A stretch of 47,917 nt of DNA from Candidatus Methylomirabilota bacterium (GCA_035652475.1 DASRDR010000288.1:1-47917), one strand, 5' to 3'. Numbered from the stretch's first letter, positions 18,060 through 27,362 are shown. Program-made: numbers and translations. The notes: generated by a model not told the origin, from the letters alone.

Positions 18060-18892
18060 GACTGCGGCCTGGCCGGCGGCGCGCCCCGCTGGGCGATCGA
18101 CTGCCGGATCGCGTCGACGGTCTCGGCCACGATGAACTGGACGACGGCCTGCCCCACCTCCGCGGTGGCGCGGCTCGGATCCCCGTCGGCCCCCGGCCAG
18201 CCCGTGCCGCCGGCCGCCGGCTGGAGGCGGTCCCGGCGGACCAGGCTCGGGTCGATCGCGAGCATGAGCGAGGTGTCGAGGGCCCCGGCGTGCGCCCCGA
18301 TCTCCGCATCGCGGTACCCCCGCGTCCGCAGGATCCGGCGCGCGCCGTCCGTGCTCGCGCGATAGTACGCGTCGATCGCGTGCGCCCGGGCCGCGGCCGC
18401 GGCCCACGCGCGGTTGAGCCGGCGGGCGACCGCGCGCTGCCCGGCCTGGTTGTCGCCGCTGTCGCCCAGGAACACGATGTCGCGGAACCCGTGGAGCGCC
18501 AGGCTCCGGGCGGCGAACTCGAGCACGGCCTCGAAGTACGGCTCGGGGAGCGTGAGCGTCCCCGGGTAGCGCATGTGGCCGGTGGGCGGCGCGACCCCGC
18601 CTTCCGGCACGTACGCCAGCACCGGCGACACCAGCGTGTGGCCGAGCGCGCGCGCGATCGCCTCGGCGAGGACCTGCACGCGCACGTTGTGCTTCCCGAG
18701 CGCCAGGTGCGGCCCGTTCTGCTCGGTGCCGCCCGTCGGCACGATGACCGTCGTGGTCCCGGTCCGGACCAGCTCACGGACCTCCGTCCAGGTCAGCCGG
18801 TCGAGCCACACGGTGTCCGGGGTCGCGGCCCGGGCCGGCGACGTCGCCACGACGAGCGCGACCAGCACGAGCGGAACGATGCTGCGTGTCAT
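18056..18892 (-). CDS. creatininase-family amidohydrolase with a predicted signal peptide
   Basis: MTRSIVPLVLVALVVATSPARAATP is followed by VIVPTGGTEQNGPHLALGKHN, FLGDSGDN and GAHAGALDTS, the creatininase family pattern. GGAGG RBS. Confidence 0.8.
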   Translation of the reverse strand: MTRSIVPLVLVALVVATSPARAATPDTVWLDRLTWTEVRELVRTGTTTVIVPTGGTEQNGPHLALGKHNVRVQVLAEAIARALGHTLVSPVLAYVPEGGVAPPTGHMRYPGTLTLPEPYFEAVLEFAARSLALHGFRDIVFLGDSGDNQAGQRAVARRLNRAWAAAAARAHAIDAYYRASTDGARRILRTRGYRDAEIGAHAGALDTSLMLAIDPSLVRRDRLQPAAGGTGWPGADGDPSRATAEVGQAVVQFIVAETVDAIRQSIAQRGAPPARPQS

Positions 18893-19160
18893 GGAGCCTC
18901 CGTCGATCGCACCGGGTCGCGCCGGGCTTGGCCACCCTCGCCCCGGCCGCGTCGACGCTCTAGTGTACGTGGTCGGCCGGCGTACGGGCCGTTTCTTCCG
19001 AGGGCGGGCGAACGCGCCCGCCGGCGGCCACGGTGGGAAGCGACCCGACCGCTCCGCTCCGGCCTGGCGTGCCTCGAGGCGAACGCCGCCGGAGCGGCGG
19101 ATCGGGCATACTGCCCTCGAGCGAGCCGGCGGACATGCGGAGGAGGCCGCAGGGCGGGCC

Positions 19161-19814
19161 ATGACCCTGGAGGAGTACGTGACGTGGGCGGCGACGGTCG
19201 GCCTGGAGCCGGGACCGGACGCCCGGTCGGAGCGCGGCCTGACGGCGCTCGGGCTCGGGCTCGCCAGCGAGGTCGGCGCCGGCGTCCTGGTCCGGTGGCT
19301 TCGGGGCGAGGCGCGCGACCGCGGGGAGCTGGCCGACGAGCTTGGGGACGTGGCCTACTGGTGGGCCCGGCTCTGCGCCGCGACCGGGGTCGGCGCGTCC
19401 ACCCTGCTCGCCCGCAGCCGGGCGCACGTCGAGTGGCGCCGTGCCGGCCGCCTGCCGGACGGACCCGCGTCGGCGGACGCCCCGGCCTCGCTCGAGGACT
19501 TCGCGGCGTGGGTCCGCGGCACGGACGGCGCGCCGGAGGACGAGGCCGCGCTCGGCGATGCGGGGCTCGCGCTGGCCGGGGACGCCGGCGAGGTCGTCGA
19601 GTGCCTGCGCAAGCTCGGGGCGGGGGAGGAGGCTCGGCGGGCGCAGCTCGCGGGCGAGCTCGGGGATGTGTGGCGGCACTGGACGCGCCTCGTCGCGGCC
19701 ACCGGGGTCGCACCCGCCGACCTGCTGGACCGGAGCCGGACGAAGATCGAGGCGCGTCGAGCGCAGGTCCTTGCCAACGAGGGGGATGCCGGCGCCGCGC
19801 GGGAGCGCCGGTGA
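19161..19814 (+). CDS. tandem MazG-like nucleotide pyrophosphohydrolase-domain protein
   Basis: Two internal repeats: GLASEVGAGVLVRWLRGEARDRGELADELGDVAYWWARLCAATGVGASTLLARSRAHVEWR and ALAGDAGEVVECLRKLGAGEEARRAQLAGELGDVWRHWTRLVAATGVAPADLLDRSRTKIEAR. The E-x-x-E...ELGD pattern is MazG-like. Confidence 0.7.
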   Translation: MTLEEYVTWAATVGLEPGPDARSERGLTALGLGLASEVGAGVLVRWLRGEARDRGELADELGDVAYWWARLCAATGVGASTLLARSRAHVEWRRAGRLPDGPASADAPASLEDFAAWVRGTDGAPEDEAALGDAGLALAGDAGEVVECLRKLGAGEEARRAQLAGELGDVWRHWTRLVAATGVAPADLLDRSRTKIEARRAQVLANEGDAGAARERR

Positions 19815-20205
19815 GGCCGGCGGGGGTTCCCGGCGCGAGGCCGCGCGTCAGCGGGACGTCGTCCCGGCCGCGCTCCCAGACCTGCTGGAGCGCCCACCGC
19901 GGGCCACCGTGGCCTTTGTCGAGGCCGGCCACGTCGATCTCCTTCCCGTGCACGCGCGGTTCGAGGGTGGCTCGTACCCGATCGGGGTCGACCCGGCCGT
20001 GGCGCCTGCCCTGGATGGCCGCGAGGTCGCGCTCGTGATCGACGATGGCGCGTACTGGTTCGAGCTGCGCGGGATCTCCGCGCGGGGGCGGGCGCGGCGG
20101 CTCGAGCCCGCGCGGCCGGACGCGGAGGGTCCCTTCGCGTGGTATGCCCTCGAGCCCTCCCGCGTCCTGGCGTGGGACTACGGGACCCCCCGGAGCTCCC
20201 GTTGA
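19786..20205 (+). CDS. pyridoxamine 5'-phosphate oxidase (PPOX)-family split-barrel protein
   Basis: ...LLERPPRATVAFVEAGHVDLLPVHARFEGGSYPIGV...EVALVIDDGAYWFELRGISARGRA. The ATG at 19786 is the only canonical in-frame start and overlaps the end of the MazG gene. Confidence 0.6.
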   Translation: MPAPRGSAGEAGGGSRREAARQRDVVPAALPDLLERPPRATVAFVEAGHVDLLPVHARFEGGSYPIGVDPAVAPALDGREVALVIDDGAYWFELRGISARGRARRLEPARPDAEGPFAWYALEPSRVLAWDYGTPRSSR

Positions 20206-20674
20206 CGGCCCCCGTCTGCGACCCGGAGGTCCGCGCCATCCTGCGGCGGGCTACGGGTCGCTCGGGTCGCCACGCAAACGGCGAGCGGGCGGCCCTTCCT
20301 GACCCCGCTCTGGTTCATGGTCGACGGGGACGCGCTGGTGATCGCGACGGGGGCCGGGAGCGGGACGAGCCGGAACGCCGTGCGCAACCCGCAGATCGTG
20401 CTCCTGCTGGGAGGCGAAGGCCGCGGCGGCGCCGGTCGGCTGCTGGGGGTGCGGGGCACGGCGACGGTCCGGAGAGGGATGCCGCCTTGCCGGGTGCTTT
20501 CTGAGGGTGGCCTTCAAGTACTTCCTCAGCCCCCGCGCGCTGGTCGTCGAACTCCGGCACGTTCGGCTCTGGCGGCTGCGGCGGCACTACCAGGGGCAGG
20601 CGCGGGGCGGTCCCGCGCATCTCCGCGTCGTGCCCGACCCTCTCGAGTTCGTGACCGCGACGGCCCGCGGCTGA
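20202..20674 (+). pseudogene. second PPOX-family gene, apparently broken by at least two frameshifts
   Basis: The homologous signal is spread over three frames. Frame 0: (TTG) TAPVCDPEVRAILRR. Frame 1: LRVARVATQTASGRPFLTPLWFMVDGDALVIATGAGSGTSRNAVRNPQIVLLLGGE...GVRGTATV. Frame 2: FLRVAFKYFLSPRALVVELRHVRLWRLRRHYQGQARGGPAHLRVVPDPLEFV*, with very high GC3 and a stop at 20672-20674. The shifts lie near 20245-20250 (G run) and about 20470-20500. Confidence 0.45.
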
Positions 20675-20780
20675 GGCCGGCGCCCCGAGGCCCGCCCGCG
20701 GCCGCCCGGGGCGCCGGTCACACGGAAGGGCGCCTCGCCCGCGCGCGGGGAGCGCGGAGGCGCCCATCGGTCCGCCAGGC

Positions 20781-21650
20781 TCAGGGGCTTGGCGAGGGGG
20801 CCGCGGGGCCGGCCTCGGGGCGGCGGGCGTGGTCCTCGCGGAAGAAGCCGTTGAGCTCGGGCATCGGCGTGGCCTCGGCGAATGCCTCGAACCGGCCCTC
20901 GGTGGCGAGCTGCCGGGCCGCCCGGATGAACCCGCTCCAGGCCGTGCGCGCGAGCGCACCGCCCACGCTGATGCGGCGGACCCCGAGGGCGGCCGCATCC
21001 GCCACCGTGAGACCGACCGGGGCGCCGACCAGGAGGTTGACCGGCCTCGGCGCCACCGCGCGGACCACGGCCTGGATCTGCTCCCGCGTGCGGATCCCGG
21101 GCGCGTAGAGGCAATCGGCGCCGGCCTCCGCGTACGCCGTGAGCCGCCGGATGGTCTCGTCCATGTCGCGCACCCCCACCAGGAAGCACTCCGCGCGGCC
21201 GGTGAGGACCACGTCGCCGCCCGCCTGGTCGATCGCCCTCCGGGCGGCCCGGATCCGCGCTGCCGCGTGGTCCAGATCGTAGAGCGGGCGCCGCCGGTCC
21301 CCGGTCGAGTCCTCGATCGACAGGCCGGCGACCCCCGTCTCGACGCACCGGCGGACGTTCTCGGCGACCCCTGCCGGGTCGTCCGCGTAGCCGCCCTCGA
21401 AGTCGGCGTTCACCGGCACGTCGACCGCGGCCACGATCTCCCGGAGATGCCGGAGCATCGTGTCGCGCGGCACCGCGTTGTCGGGCAGGCCGCATGAGAA
21501 CGCGTAGCCGGCGCTCGTCGTCGCGAGCGCCTTGAAGCCGAGCCCCTGGAGATACCGCGCCGTCCCGACGTCCCAGGGGTTCGGGAGGACGAAGCACCCC
21601 TCCCGGTGAAGCTCCCGGAACGCGCGCCGCCGCTCGGCGAGGTGGGCCAT
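20781..21650 (-). CDS. isocitrate lyase/PEP mutase superfamily enzyme (2-methylisocitrate lyase / carboxyvinyl-carboxyphosphonate phosphorylmutase-like)
   Basis: FVLPNPWDVGTARYLQGLGFKALATTSAGYAFS, NADFEGGY, GLSIEDS, LTGRAECF, EAGADCLYAPG. It starts 9 nt after the RND permease stop. Confidence 0.85.
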   Translation of the reverse strand: MAHLAERRRAFRELHREGCFVLPNPWDVGTARYLQGLGFKALATTSAGYAFSCGLPDNAVPRDTMLRHLREIVAAVDVPVNADFEGGYADDPAGVAENVRRCVETGVAGLSIEDSTGDRRRPLYDLDHAAARIRAARRAIDQAGGDVVLTGRAECFLVGVRDMDETIRRLTAYAEAGADCLYAPGIRTREQIQAVVRAVAPRPVNLLVGAPVGLTVADAAALGVRRISVGGALARTAWSGFIRAARQLATEGRFEAFAEATPMPELNGFFREDHARRPEAGPAAPSPSP

Positions 21651-21659
21651 GCGCCGGCG

Positions 21660-24600
21660 CTAGCGGGGCGGCATCCGGCCGGGGGTTTCCCCCGAGTCCG
21701 CCCCTCCGCTCTCCCCCCGCTCGTCCGCCGAGCCGCCGGCGAGCGCCGGTGCGGGGCGCGGGGTGGGCCGGCCGTCGGCCACCTGTCCGGCAAGGCGGTG
21801 GCTCGCGCGCAGGAACGGCACCCGGTCCAGCACGCGCCGCTGGAACTGCTCCATGTAGAGGTAGATGACGGGGGTGACGAAGAGCGTGAGGAGCTGGGAC
21901 ACGACCAGTCCGCCCACGATGACCAGCCCGAGGGGCCGCCGGGCCGCGCCGTCCGCCCCGAACCCGACGGCGATCGGGACCGCGCCGATCACGGCGGCCA
22001 GCGTGGTCATGAGGATCGGCCGGAATCGATCCAGGCTCGCGTCATGGATCGCCGCCGCCGGCCCCTGGCCGCCCTCGACCCGGTGGCGTGCGAAGTCGAC
22101 GATCATGATCCCGTTCTTCTTGACGATGCCCATCAGCATGAACATGCCGACGAACGCATAGAGCGTGGCCTGCTCGCGGAACAGCACCAGGGTGGCCAGC
22201 CCGCCGACCAGCGCGGTCGGCAGGGTCGAGAGCACCGTCAGGGGGTGGACGTAGCTCTCGTACAGGATCGCCAGGATCACGTACATGACGAAGACCGCGA
22301 GCCCCATCAGGATCGTGAGCTGCCGGACCGTGTCCTGGAACGTCCGCGCCTCGCCCTGGAGCTCGGCCCGGAGCGCGGGCGGCACCACGCCGGCAGCGGT
22401 GCGGGTGATGAAGTCGGTCGCCTCGCCGATCGGCACCCCGGGCTTCAGGTTGAAGAAGAGCGTGACGCTGGTGAACTGGTTCAGGTGGTTCACGGCCTGC
22501 GGGCCCAGGACCGGCTTCCAGCTGACCAGGGCGCGGAGCGGGACCAGGTTCTTGCCGTCGTCGGAGCGGATGTAGAGGAGCGACAGGTCCTCGGGGTGCT
22601 CGCGTGCCGTGTCCTCGATCTCCAGGATCACCTGGTACTGATCCTGCGGCTTCTTGATCAGGTAGAGGTAGTTCTGCGAGTACGCGTTCCTCAGCATCGC
22701 CAGGATCCGGGCCTCCGAGACGCCGTACATCCGGGCCTGGTCCCGGCGGAGGTCGATCTCCAGGCTGGGCGTGTTCCGGAAGAGGTCCGACGAGAGCGAC
22801 GCGAACCCCGGATACCCCTGGAGGCGCTCCATCAGGCGGCCGGCGGCCTCGTAGACCTGGTCCGGGTTCACGCCCGACACGGAGAAGGCGTACTGGCCCT
22901 GGTTCTGGCTGGTCGCCCCGGTGCTGATCTCGAGGACCGGATAGGGGCGCAGGAACGCGAACATCCCGGGGGTCGCCCCCATCTTCGCCATCAGCTCGCC
23001 GGCCACCACGGGGATCGGCGGCCGCTCGCCCGGGGGGCGGAGGAACGTGAACGTGATGCCCTGGTTCGAGGACAGGAACTGGCTGTTGCCGGTCATCGTG
23101 AACGCGGTGATGACGTTCGGGTCCGAGTGGAGGATTTCGTCGGCCCGGTCCTGGAGCGCGCGCATCTGGTCCGGCGACGACCCCTCCCGGCCCAGGAACA
23201 CCCCGAACACGACGCTGCTGTCCCCGACCGGCAGGAATGCCTTGGGGACGAGGAGGAACAGCCAGGCGGTCCCGGCCAGGCACGCGGCCCACACGAGCGC
23301 CGAGACCCAGCGTCGGCGGAGGAACCACCAGAGCGACCGGCCGTAGGCGGCCAGCACCCGGCGCTCGACGCCGCCGATGACGCGCTCCATCCAGGTGCGG
23401 GCGGTGCCGGAGCCGCGGTCGGCGAGCAGGCGCGCGCACATGAGCGGCGTCAGCGTGAGCGACACCAGCCCCGAGGCGAAGATCGCGACCACGATCGTGA
23501 TCGCGAACTCCCGGAAGATGCGGCCCACCAACCCGGGCATGAACACGAGCGGCAGGAAGACCGCGGCCAGGGACACGGTCATGGAGACGATGGTGAAGCT
23601 GATCTCCCGCGCGCTGTGGAGCGTCGCGGCCAGGGCGCCCTCGCCGTGCTCCATCCGGCGCACGGTGTTCTCGAGGAACACGATGGCGTCGTCGACCAGG
23701 AACCCGATGGCGAGCGTCAGCGCCATCAGCGACAGGTTGTCGAGGCTGTAGCCCAGGAGCCGCATGACGACGAAGGTGAGGAGGAGCGAGAGCGGAAGCG
23801 CCACCGCCGGGATGAGGGTGTCGGTGGCCCGGCCCAGGAACAGGAAGATGACGGCCACGACCAGGACGAACGCCAGCGCCAGCGTGATCTGGACGTCGTG
23901 GACCGAGTTCACGATGGTCCGAGACCGGTCGTAGATCGGCGTGACCCGGACCGATCCCGGGAGCTCGGCGTTGATGAGCGGCGCCAGCTCGCGGATCCGG
24001 TTCGCGACCTCGACCGCGTTGGCGCCCGCCTGCCGGTACACGGCGGCCACCACCGTCGCGGACGGGACGGTGTAGCCGCGGGCCCAGAACCGCATGGTGA
24101 CGCGCTCGTCCTGCACGGACTCTCGCGCCCGGGCCACGTCGCGGAGGTAGACCGGCGCTCCGTCGCGGGAGCCGACGATGAGCGAGTTGTACGCCTCGGC
24201 CGTCTCCAGCTGCCCCCGCGGCTGGAGCAGCGCGGTGCCGGTCGGGGCGTCGAGCTGGCCGGCGCCCGTCGAGCTGGTCCCGTTCCGGATGGCCTCCGCG
24301 AGGTCGTCGATGGAGATGCCGCGCGCCCACATCGCGGCCGGGTCGGCCTTGATGCGGACCGCCGACTTCGCGCCGAAGACCGCGACCCGGCTCACCCCGG
24401 GCAGGATGCTGAGCCGCTGGCCGACCTGGGTGTTCGCGTAGTCGTAGAGCTGGCCCGAGGTGACCGAGTCGCTCGTGAGCGCGATGTACATGATCGGCTG
24501 ATCGTTCGGGTTCGTCTTGGAGAAGCTCGGCGGCGACGGCAGGTCGACCGGGAGGCTCCCGGTCGCCTTCGAGATCGCCGTCTGCACGTCGGTCGCCGCC

Positions 24601-24908
24601 GCGTCGATGCTCTTGTCGAGCGCGAACTGGAGGGTGAGGGTGACGTGCCCCTGCGTGCTCTTCGACGTGACCAGCTCGAGGCCGTTGATCTGCATGAACT
24701 GCCGCTCGAGCGGGGTGGCGATGTTGTTGGCCACGGTCTCCGGACTCGCGCCCGGGTAGTCCGCCTGGACCTGGATCACCGGGTAGTCGACCGCCGGCAG
24801 GTCGTTCACCGGAAGCTGGCGGTAGCTCAGCGCTCCGAACAGCATGACGGCGACCGTGAGGACCGCCGTCATGACCGGACGGCGGATGAACGGCTCGGAG
24901 AGGTTCAG
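21660..24908 (-). CDS. RND efflux transporter permease (AcrB/HAE family)
   Basis: (L)NLSEPFIRRPVMTAVLTVAVMLFG at the N-terminus, and 12-TM/large-loop architecture throughout (for example AIGFLVDDAIVFLEN and GIVKKNGIMIVDFA). No ATG/GTG/TTG is available upstream of the conserved N-terminus. The CTG at 24908 overlaps the adaptor stop (CTGA). Confidence 0.9.
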   Translation of the reverse strand: MNLSEPFIRRPVMTAVLTVAVMLFGALSYRQLPVNDLPAVDYPVIQVQADYPGASPETVANNIATPLERQFMQINGLELVTSKSTQGHVTLTLQFALDKSIDAAATDVQTAISKATGSLPVDLPSPPSFSKTNPNDQPIMYIALTSDSVTSGQLYDYANTQVGQRLSILPGVSRVAVFGAKSAVRIKADPAAMWARGISIDDLAEAIRNGTSSTGAGQLDAPTGTALLQPRGQLETAEAYNSLIVGSRDGAPVYLRDVARARESVQDERVTMRFWARGYTVPSATVVAAVYRQAGANAVEVANRIRELAPLINAELPGSVRVTPIYDRSRTIVNSVHDVQITLALAFVLVVAVIFLFLGRATDTLIPAVALPLSLLLTFVVMRLLGYSLDNLSLMALTLAIGFLVDDAIVFLENTVRRMEHGEGALAATLHSAREISFTIVSMTVSLAAVFLPLVFMPGLVGRIFREFAITIVVAIFASGLVSLTLTPLMCARLLADRGSGTARTWMERVIGGVERRVLAAYGRSLWWFLRRRWVSALVWAACLAGTAWLFLLVPKAFLPVGDSSVVFGVFLGREGSSPDQMRALQDRADEILHSDPNVITAFTMTGNSQFLSSNQGITFTFLRPPGERPPIPVVAGELMAKMGATPGMFAFLRPYPVLEISTGATSQNQGQYAFSVSGVNPDQVYEAAGRLMERLQGYPGFASLSSDLFRNTPSLEIDLRRDQARMYGVSEARILAMLRNAYSQNYLYLIKKPQDQYQVILEIEDTAREHPEDLSLLYIRSDDGKNLVPLRALVSWKPVLGPQAVNHLNQFTSVTLFFNLKPGVPIGEATDFITRTAAGVVPPALRAELQGEARTFQDTVRQLTILMGLAVFVMYVILAILYESYVHPLTVLSTLPTALVGGLATLVLFREQATLYAFVGMFMLMGIVKKNGIMIVDFARHRVEGGQGPAAAIHDASLDRFRPILMTTLAAVIGAVPIAVGFGADGAARRPLGLVIVGGLVVSQLLTLFVTPVIYLYMEQFQRRVLDRVPFLRASHRLAGQVADGRPTPRPAPALAGGSADERGESGGADSGETPGRMPPR

Positions 24909-26332
24909 GACGAGCCCCCGGGCTTCGGAGCGGGCTGCGGGGCGCCGGTCCCGCCGCTCTCCTGGACGCGCACCTTGCCGCCCGGCGCCACCGCCAGGTG
25001 GCCCGTCGTCACCACCTGCTCTCCGGCGGCGAGCCCCTTGGCCACCACCACCAGGTCGTCGTGGCGCTGGCCGAGCGTCACCGGACGCAGCTCGGCGGTC
25101 GAGTCCGGCCGCACCACGTAGACGAACGGTCCGGTCGCCGAGACCTGGGGGGCCGCGGCCGGCACCAGGACCGCTCCCGGCAGGCGGCTCAGGATCAGGC
25201 GGACCTTCACCAGCCGCCCCGGCCACAACCGGCGGCTCGGGTTGGGGAGGGTGGCCCGGAGCTTCACGGTCCCGGTCCCGTCCTGGACAGCAGTGTCGAG
25301 GAAGGTGACCGTGCCGTTCACCGGCGCGTCGGGCTCGTCGGGCAGCCGCACCTCGACGGTGGGCGTGCCGTGGGCCAGGTGCTGCTGTACCGCCGTCAGG
25401 TCGTTCTCGGTCACCGTGAAGTCGGCGTAGATGGGATCGAGCCGCTGGATCGTGAGCAGCGAGCCGGTGTTCGCAGTGACGACATTCCCCAGGTCGACCA
25501 GGCGCTGCCCGGCCCGGCCCGCGATGGGCGCGCGGATCTCCGTGTACGCGAGCTGGAGGCGCGCGCTCTCCACGGCGGCCTGGTCGGCCCGGACCGCGGC
25601 TCGCGCGTTCTCGATCGCGGCCTGCCCGGCGAGCACGGCAGCCCGGGCCTGGGCGAGCTGCGCCTCGGCGGCGGTGATCGCGGCCTGGGCGTTGTCGACC
25701 ATCGCGGTGCTGGCCCGGACGGTCGCCCGGGCGGCCTCGAGGGCGGTGTGGATCTGGTCGTACTGCTCGCGGGCCACGAGCTCCTTCCGGACCAGCTCGG
25801 CGTAGCGGGCGTCCTGCACCCGCGCGTTCTCCAGCTGGGCCGCGTCCCGGGCCAGGTTGGCCTGGGCCTGCTGGAGCTGCGCCCGGGCCTGGCCGAGGCT
25901 CGCCTCCGCCTGCTGGGCCAGCGCCCGATCCCGCGCGGCGTTCGCCTCGGCCTGGCGGGCCTGGGCCAGGTCGCGGCCCACGTTCGCCTCGGCCTGCTCG
26001 AGTGCCGCCTGGAGGGGCCGCGGATCGATGGTGAACAGCCGGTCACCCTGCGCCACCTCGGCGCCATCCTTGAAGTGGATGGCCGTGATGCGGCCCGAGA
26101 CCTGCGGCTGCACCGAGACGACCTCGCGGGCGACCAGCTTCCCGATCGCGTCGAGGTAGACCGGGACGTCCCGGGTGACGGCCGTCGCGACGACGACGGC
26201 AGCGGGGGGGCGCTCGACCGCGCCGGGGGCCTTCTGCTCGCAGCCGCCCAGGGCGAGCGCCCAGAGCCCGGCCCCGACCGGCACGGTCGCGAGCCACCCC
26301 CGGGGTGTCCGAAGAGATGCGCGCGTCATCAT
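24905..26332 (-). CDS. RND efflux periplasmic adaptor (HlyD/MFP family) lipoprotein with a long coiled-coil hairpin
   Basis: Lipobox ALALGGC; VSVQPQVSGRITAIHFKDGAEVAQGDRLFTIDP; a long Ala/Gln/Arg coiled coil; LAYTEIRAPIAGRAG; C-terminal beta-barrel. Confidence 0.9.
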   Translation of the reverse strand: MMTRASLRTPRGWLATVPVGAGLWALALGGCEQKAPGAVERPPAAVVVATAVTRDVPVYLDAIGKLVAREVVSVQPQVSGRITAIHFKDGAEVAQGDRLFTIDPRPLQAALEQAEANVGRDLAQARQAEANAARDRALAQQAEASLGQARAQLQQAQANLARDAAQLENARVQDARYAELVRKELVAREQYDQIHTALEAARATVRASTAMVDNAQAAITAAEAQLAQARAAVLAGQAAIENARAAVRADQAAVESARLQLAYTEIRAPIAGRAGQRLVDLGNVVTANTGSLLTIQRLDPIYADFTVTENDLTAVQQHLAHGTPTVEVRLPDEPDAPVNGTVTFLDTAVQDGTGTVKLRATLPNPSRRLWPGRLVKVRLILSRLPGAVLVPAAAPQVSATGPFVYVVRPDSTAELRPVTLGQRHDDLVVVAKGLAAGEQVVTTGHLAVAPGGKVRVQESGGTGAPQPAPKPGGSS

Positions 26333-26542
26333 GCCCCGTCCATGCTACCAGACGATCCATGGGGGAGGAGGGATGCGCCGGTTCGCGGTCCGGTCGGCGC
26401 CCGGGCCTCGAGGGCCGTCGCCGAGGCCCGCCGCCTCGGCTCCCCGCCCCGGGCATCCAGGTGGGTCCGCGTCAGCGAGACGGGAGAGAGCGGTCGCGCG
26501 TCCCGGCGCCGCGCCCGGCGCGGCGCTTGAGGTTCGCGAACG

Positions 26543-26746
26543 TCAGCGCTTCGGGACCTTGGGCTTGCCGCGGCCCCAGGCGACCCGCACCCCTTCCGAG
26601 GCCTCGAACGCGGTCGTGTCCTTCCGGACGGCCACGTGGGCCGTCTTCTGACGCCGGCGGACCCGCGCCGGCGCGGCCGGGGCCTCCCGCGGAATGCCGG
26701 CCTTCGGGGATCGCGGGACGGGAACGGGCGGCGGTCGTCGAGGCAT
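26543..26746 (-). CDS. small basic hypothetical protein (67 aa)
   Basis: Strong RBS (GGAGGAGGG, about 5 nt before the ATG) and high GC3. MPRRPPPVPVPRSPKAGIPREAPAAPARVRRRQKTAHVAVRKDTTAFEASEGVRVAWGRGKPKVPKR. The N-terminal half is low complexity, so this is uncertain. Confidence 0.4.
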   Translation of the reverse strand: MPRRPPPVPVPRSPKAGIPREAPAAPARVRRRQKTAHVAVRKDTTAFEASEGVRVAWGRGKPKVPKR

Positions 26747-26927
26747 GGAGCCCTCCTCCGATCGGTGCGCGGCGGCGAAGGCGACGACCGCGACGGCGCG
26801 GTCGTCACGGCACATGACGTTCAGATCGTGGGAATCGCGACCCGCGGTGCCCGGGATGGGGATCCGCTGCCGGAAGGCGGAGATGCGGCCAGGCGTCGGA
26901 TCGCGATCGCGCCCGAGCGACTGGAGG

Positions 26928-27362
26928 TCAGGCCGGACGGTCACGGTCGATCGGCGCGCCCGGCCCGAGGGCCCGGGCGACGGCAAGGCGGAGCTCGTCG
27001 AGGAAGAAGGGCTTCGCGAGGTAGCCTGCCGCTCCGATCTCCGTGGCTTCTCGCCGGGCGTGATCGGATGAGTACGCGCTGCACACGGCAACGGGGACCG
27101 GTGGCCGCTGTTCTCGCGCGTGCCGGGCGACGGCGAACCCGTCGGCCGGGCCCGGGCAGCCGGAGGTCCGCGAGGACGAGATCCGGCTGCGCGGCCGTGA
27201 TCGCCGCGAGCGCCGCCGTGCCGGTGTGCGTGATCCGCAGGGAGTACCCCAACCCGCCGAGGTAGCGAGCGCAGGTGTCCGCGAGATCGGCCTCGTCCTC
27301 CACGATCAGGATGCGCGCCGGCGACGCGCGGTGCGCGCCGGACTCCCTGCGCTCGTTCCCAT
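26928..27362 (-). pseudogene. stand-alone CheY-like receiver (paralogue of 31894-32286), disrupted by frameshifts
   Basis: ARILIVEDEADLADTCARYLGGLGYSLRITHTGTAALAAITAAQPDLVLADLRLPG is in one frame. DGFAVARHAREQRPPVPVAVCSAYSSDHARREATEIGAAGYLAKPFFLDELRLAVARAL (stop 26928-26930) is in another. The junction CTGCCCGGGCCCGGCCGACGGG has 4 extra nt relative to the LPGADG of the paralogue. The only ATG (27362) is also 1 nt out of frame (ATGGGAAC versus the expected ATGGGGAAC). Confidence 0.6.

Noticed and set aside
16333-18777. 814-aa minus-strand ORF
   Set aside because: It is an alternative frame across the USP, beta-propeller and creatininase genes. It is Arg/Pro-rich with no motifs, whereas the three shorter frames each match known families.
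21606-25121. 1171-aa plus-strand ORF
   Set aside because: It is antisense to the clearly recognisable RND permease. The product is Arg/Pro/Gly/Asp-rich low complexity, typical of shadow ORFs in very GC-rich DNA.
26371-26651. Plus-strand ORF starting at the ATG preceded by GGGGAGGAGGG
   Set aside because: The SD-like run abuts the ATG with no spacer. The product is Arg/Pro/Gly/Ala low complexity, and it runs antisense into the better-supported small basic gene.
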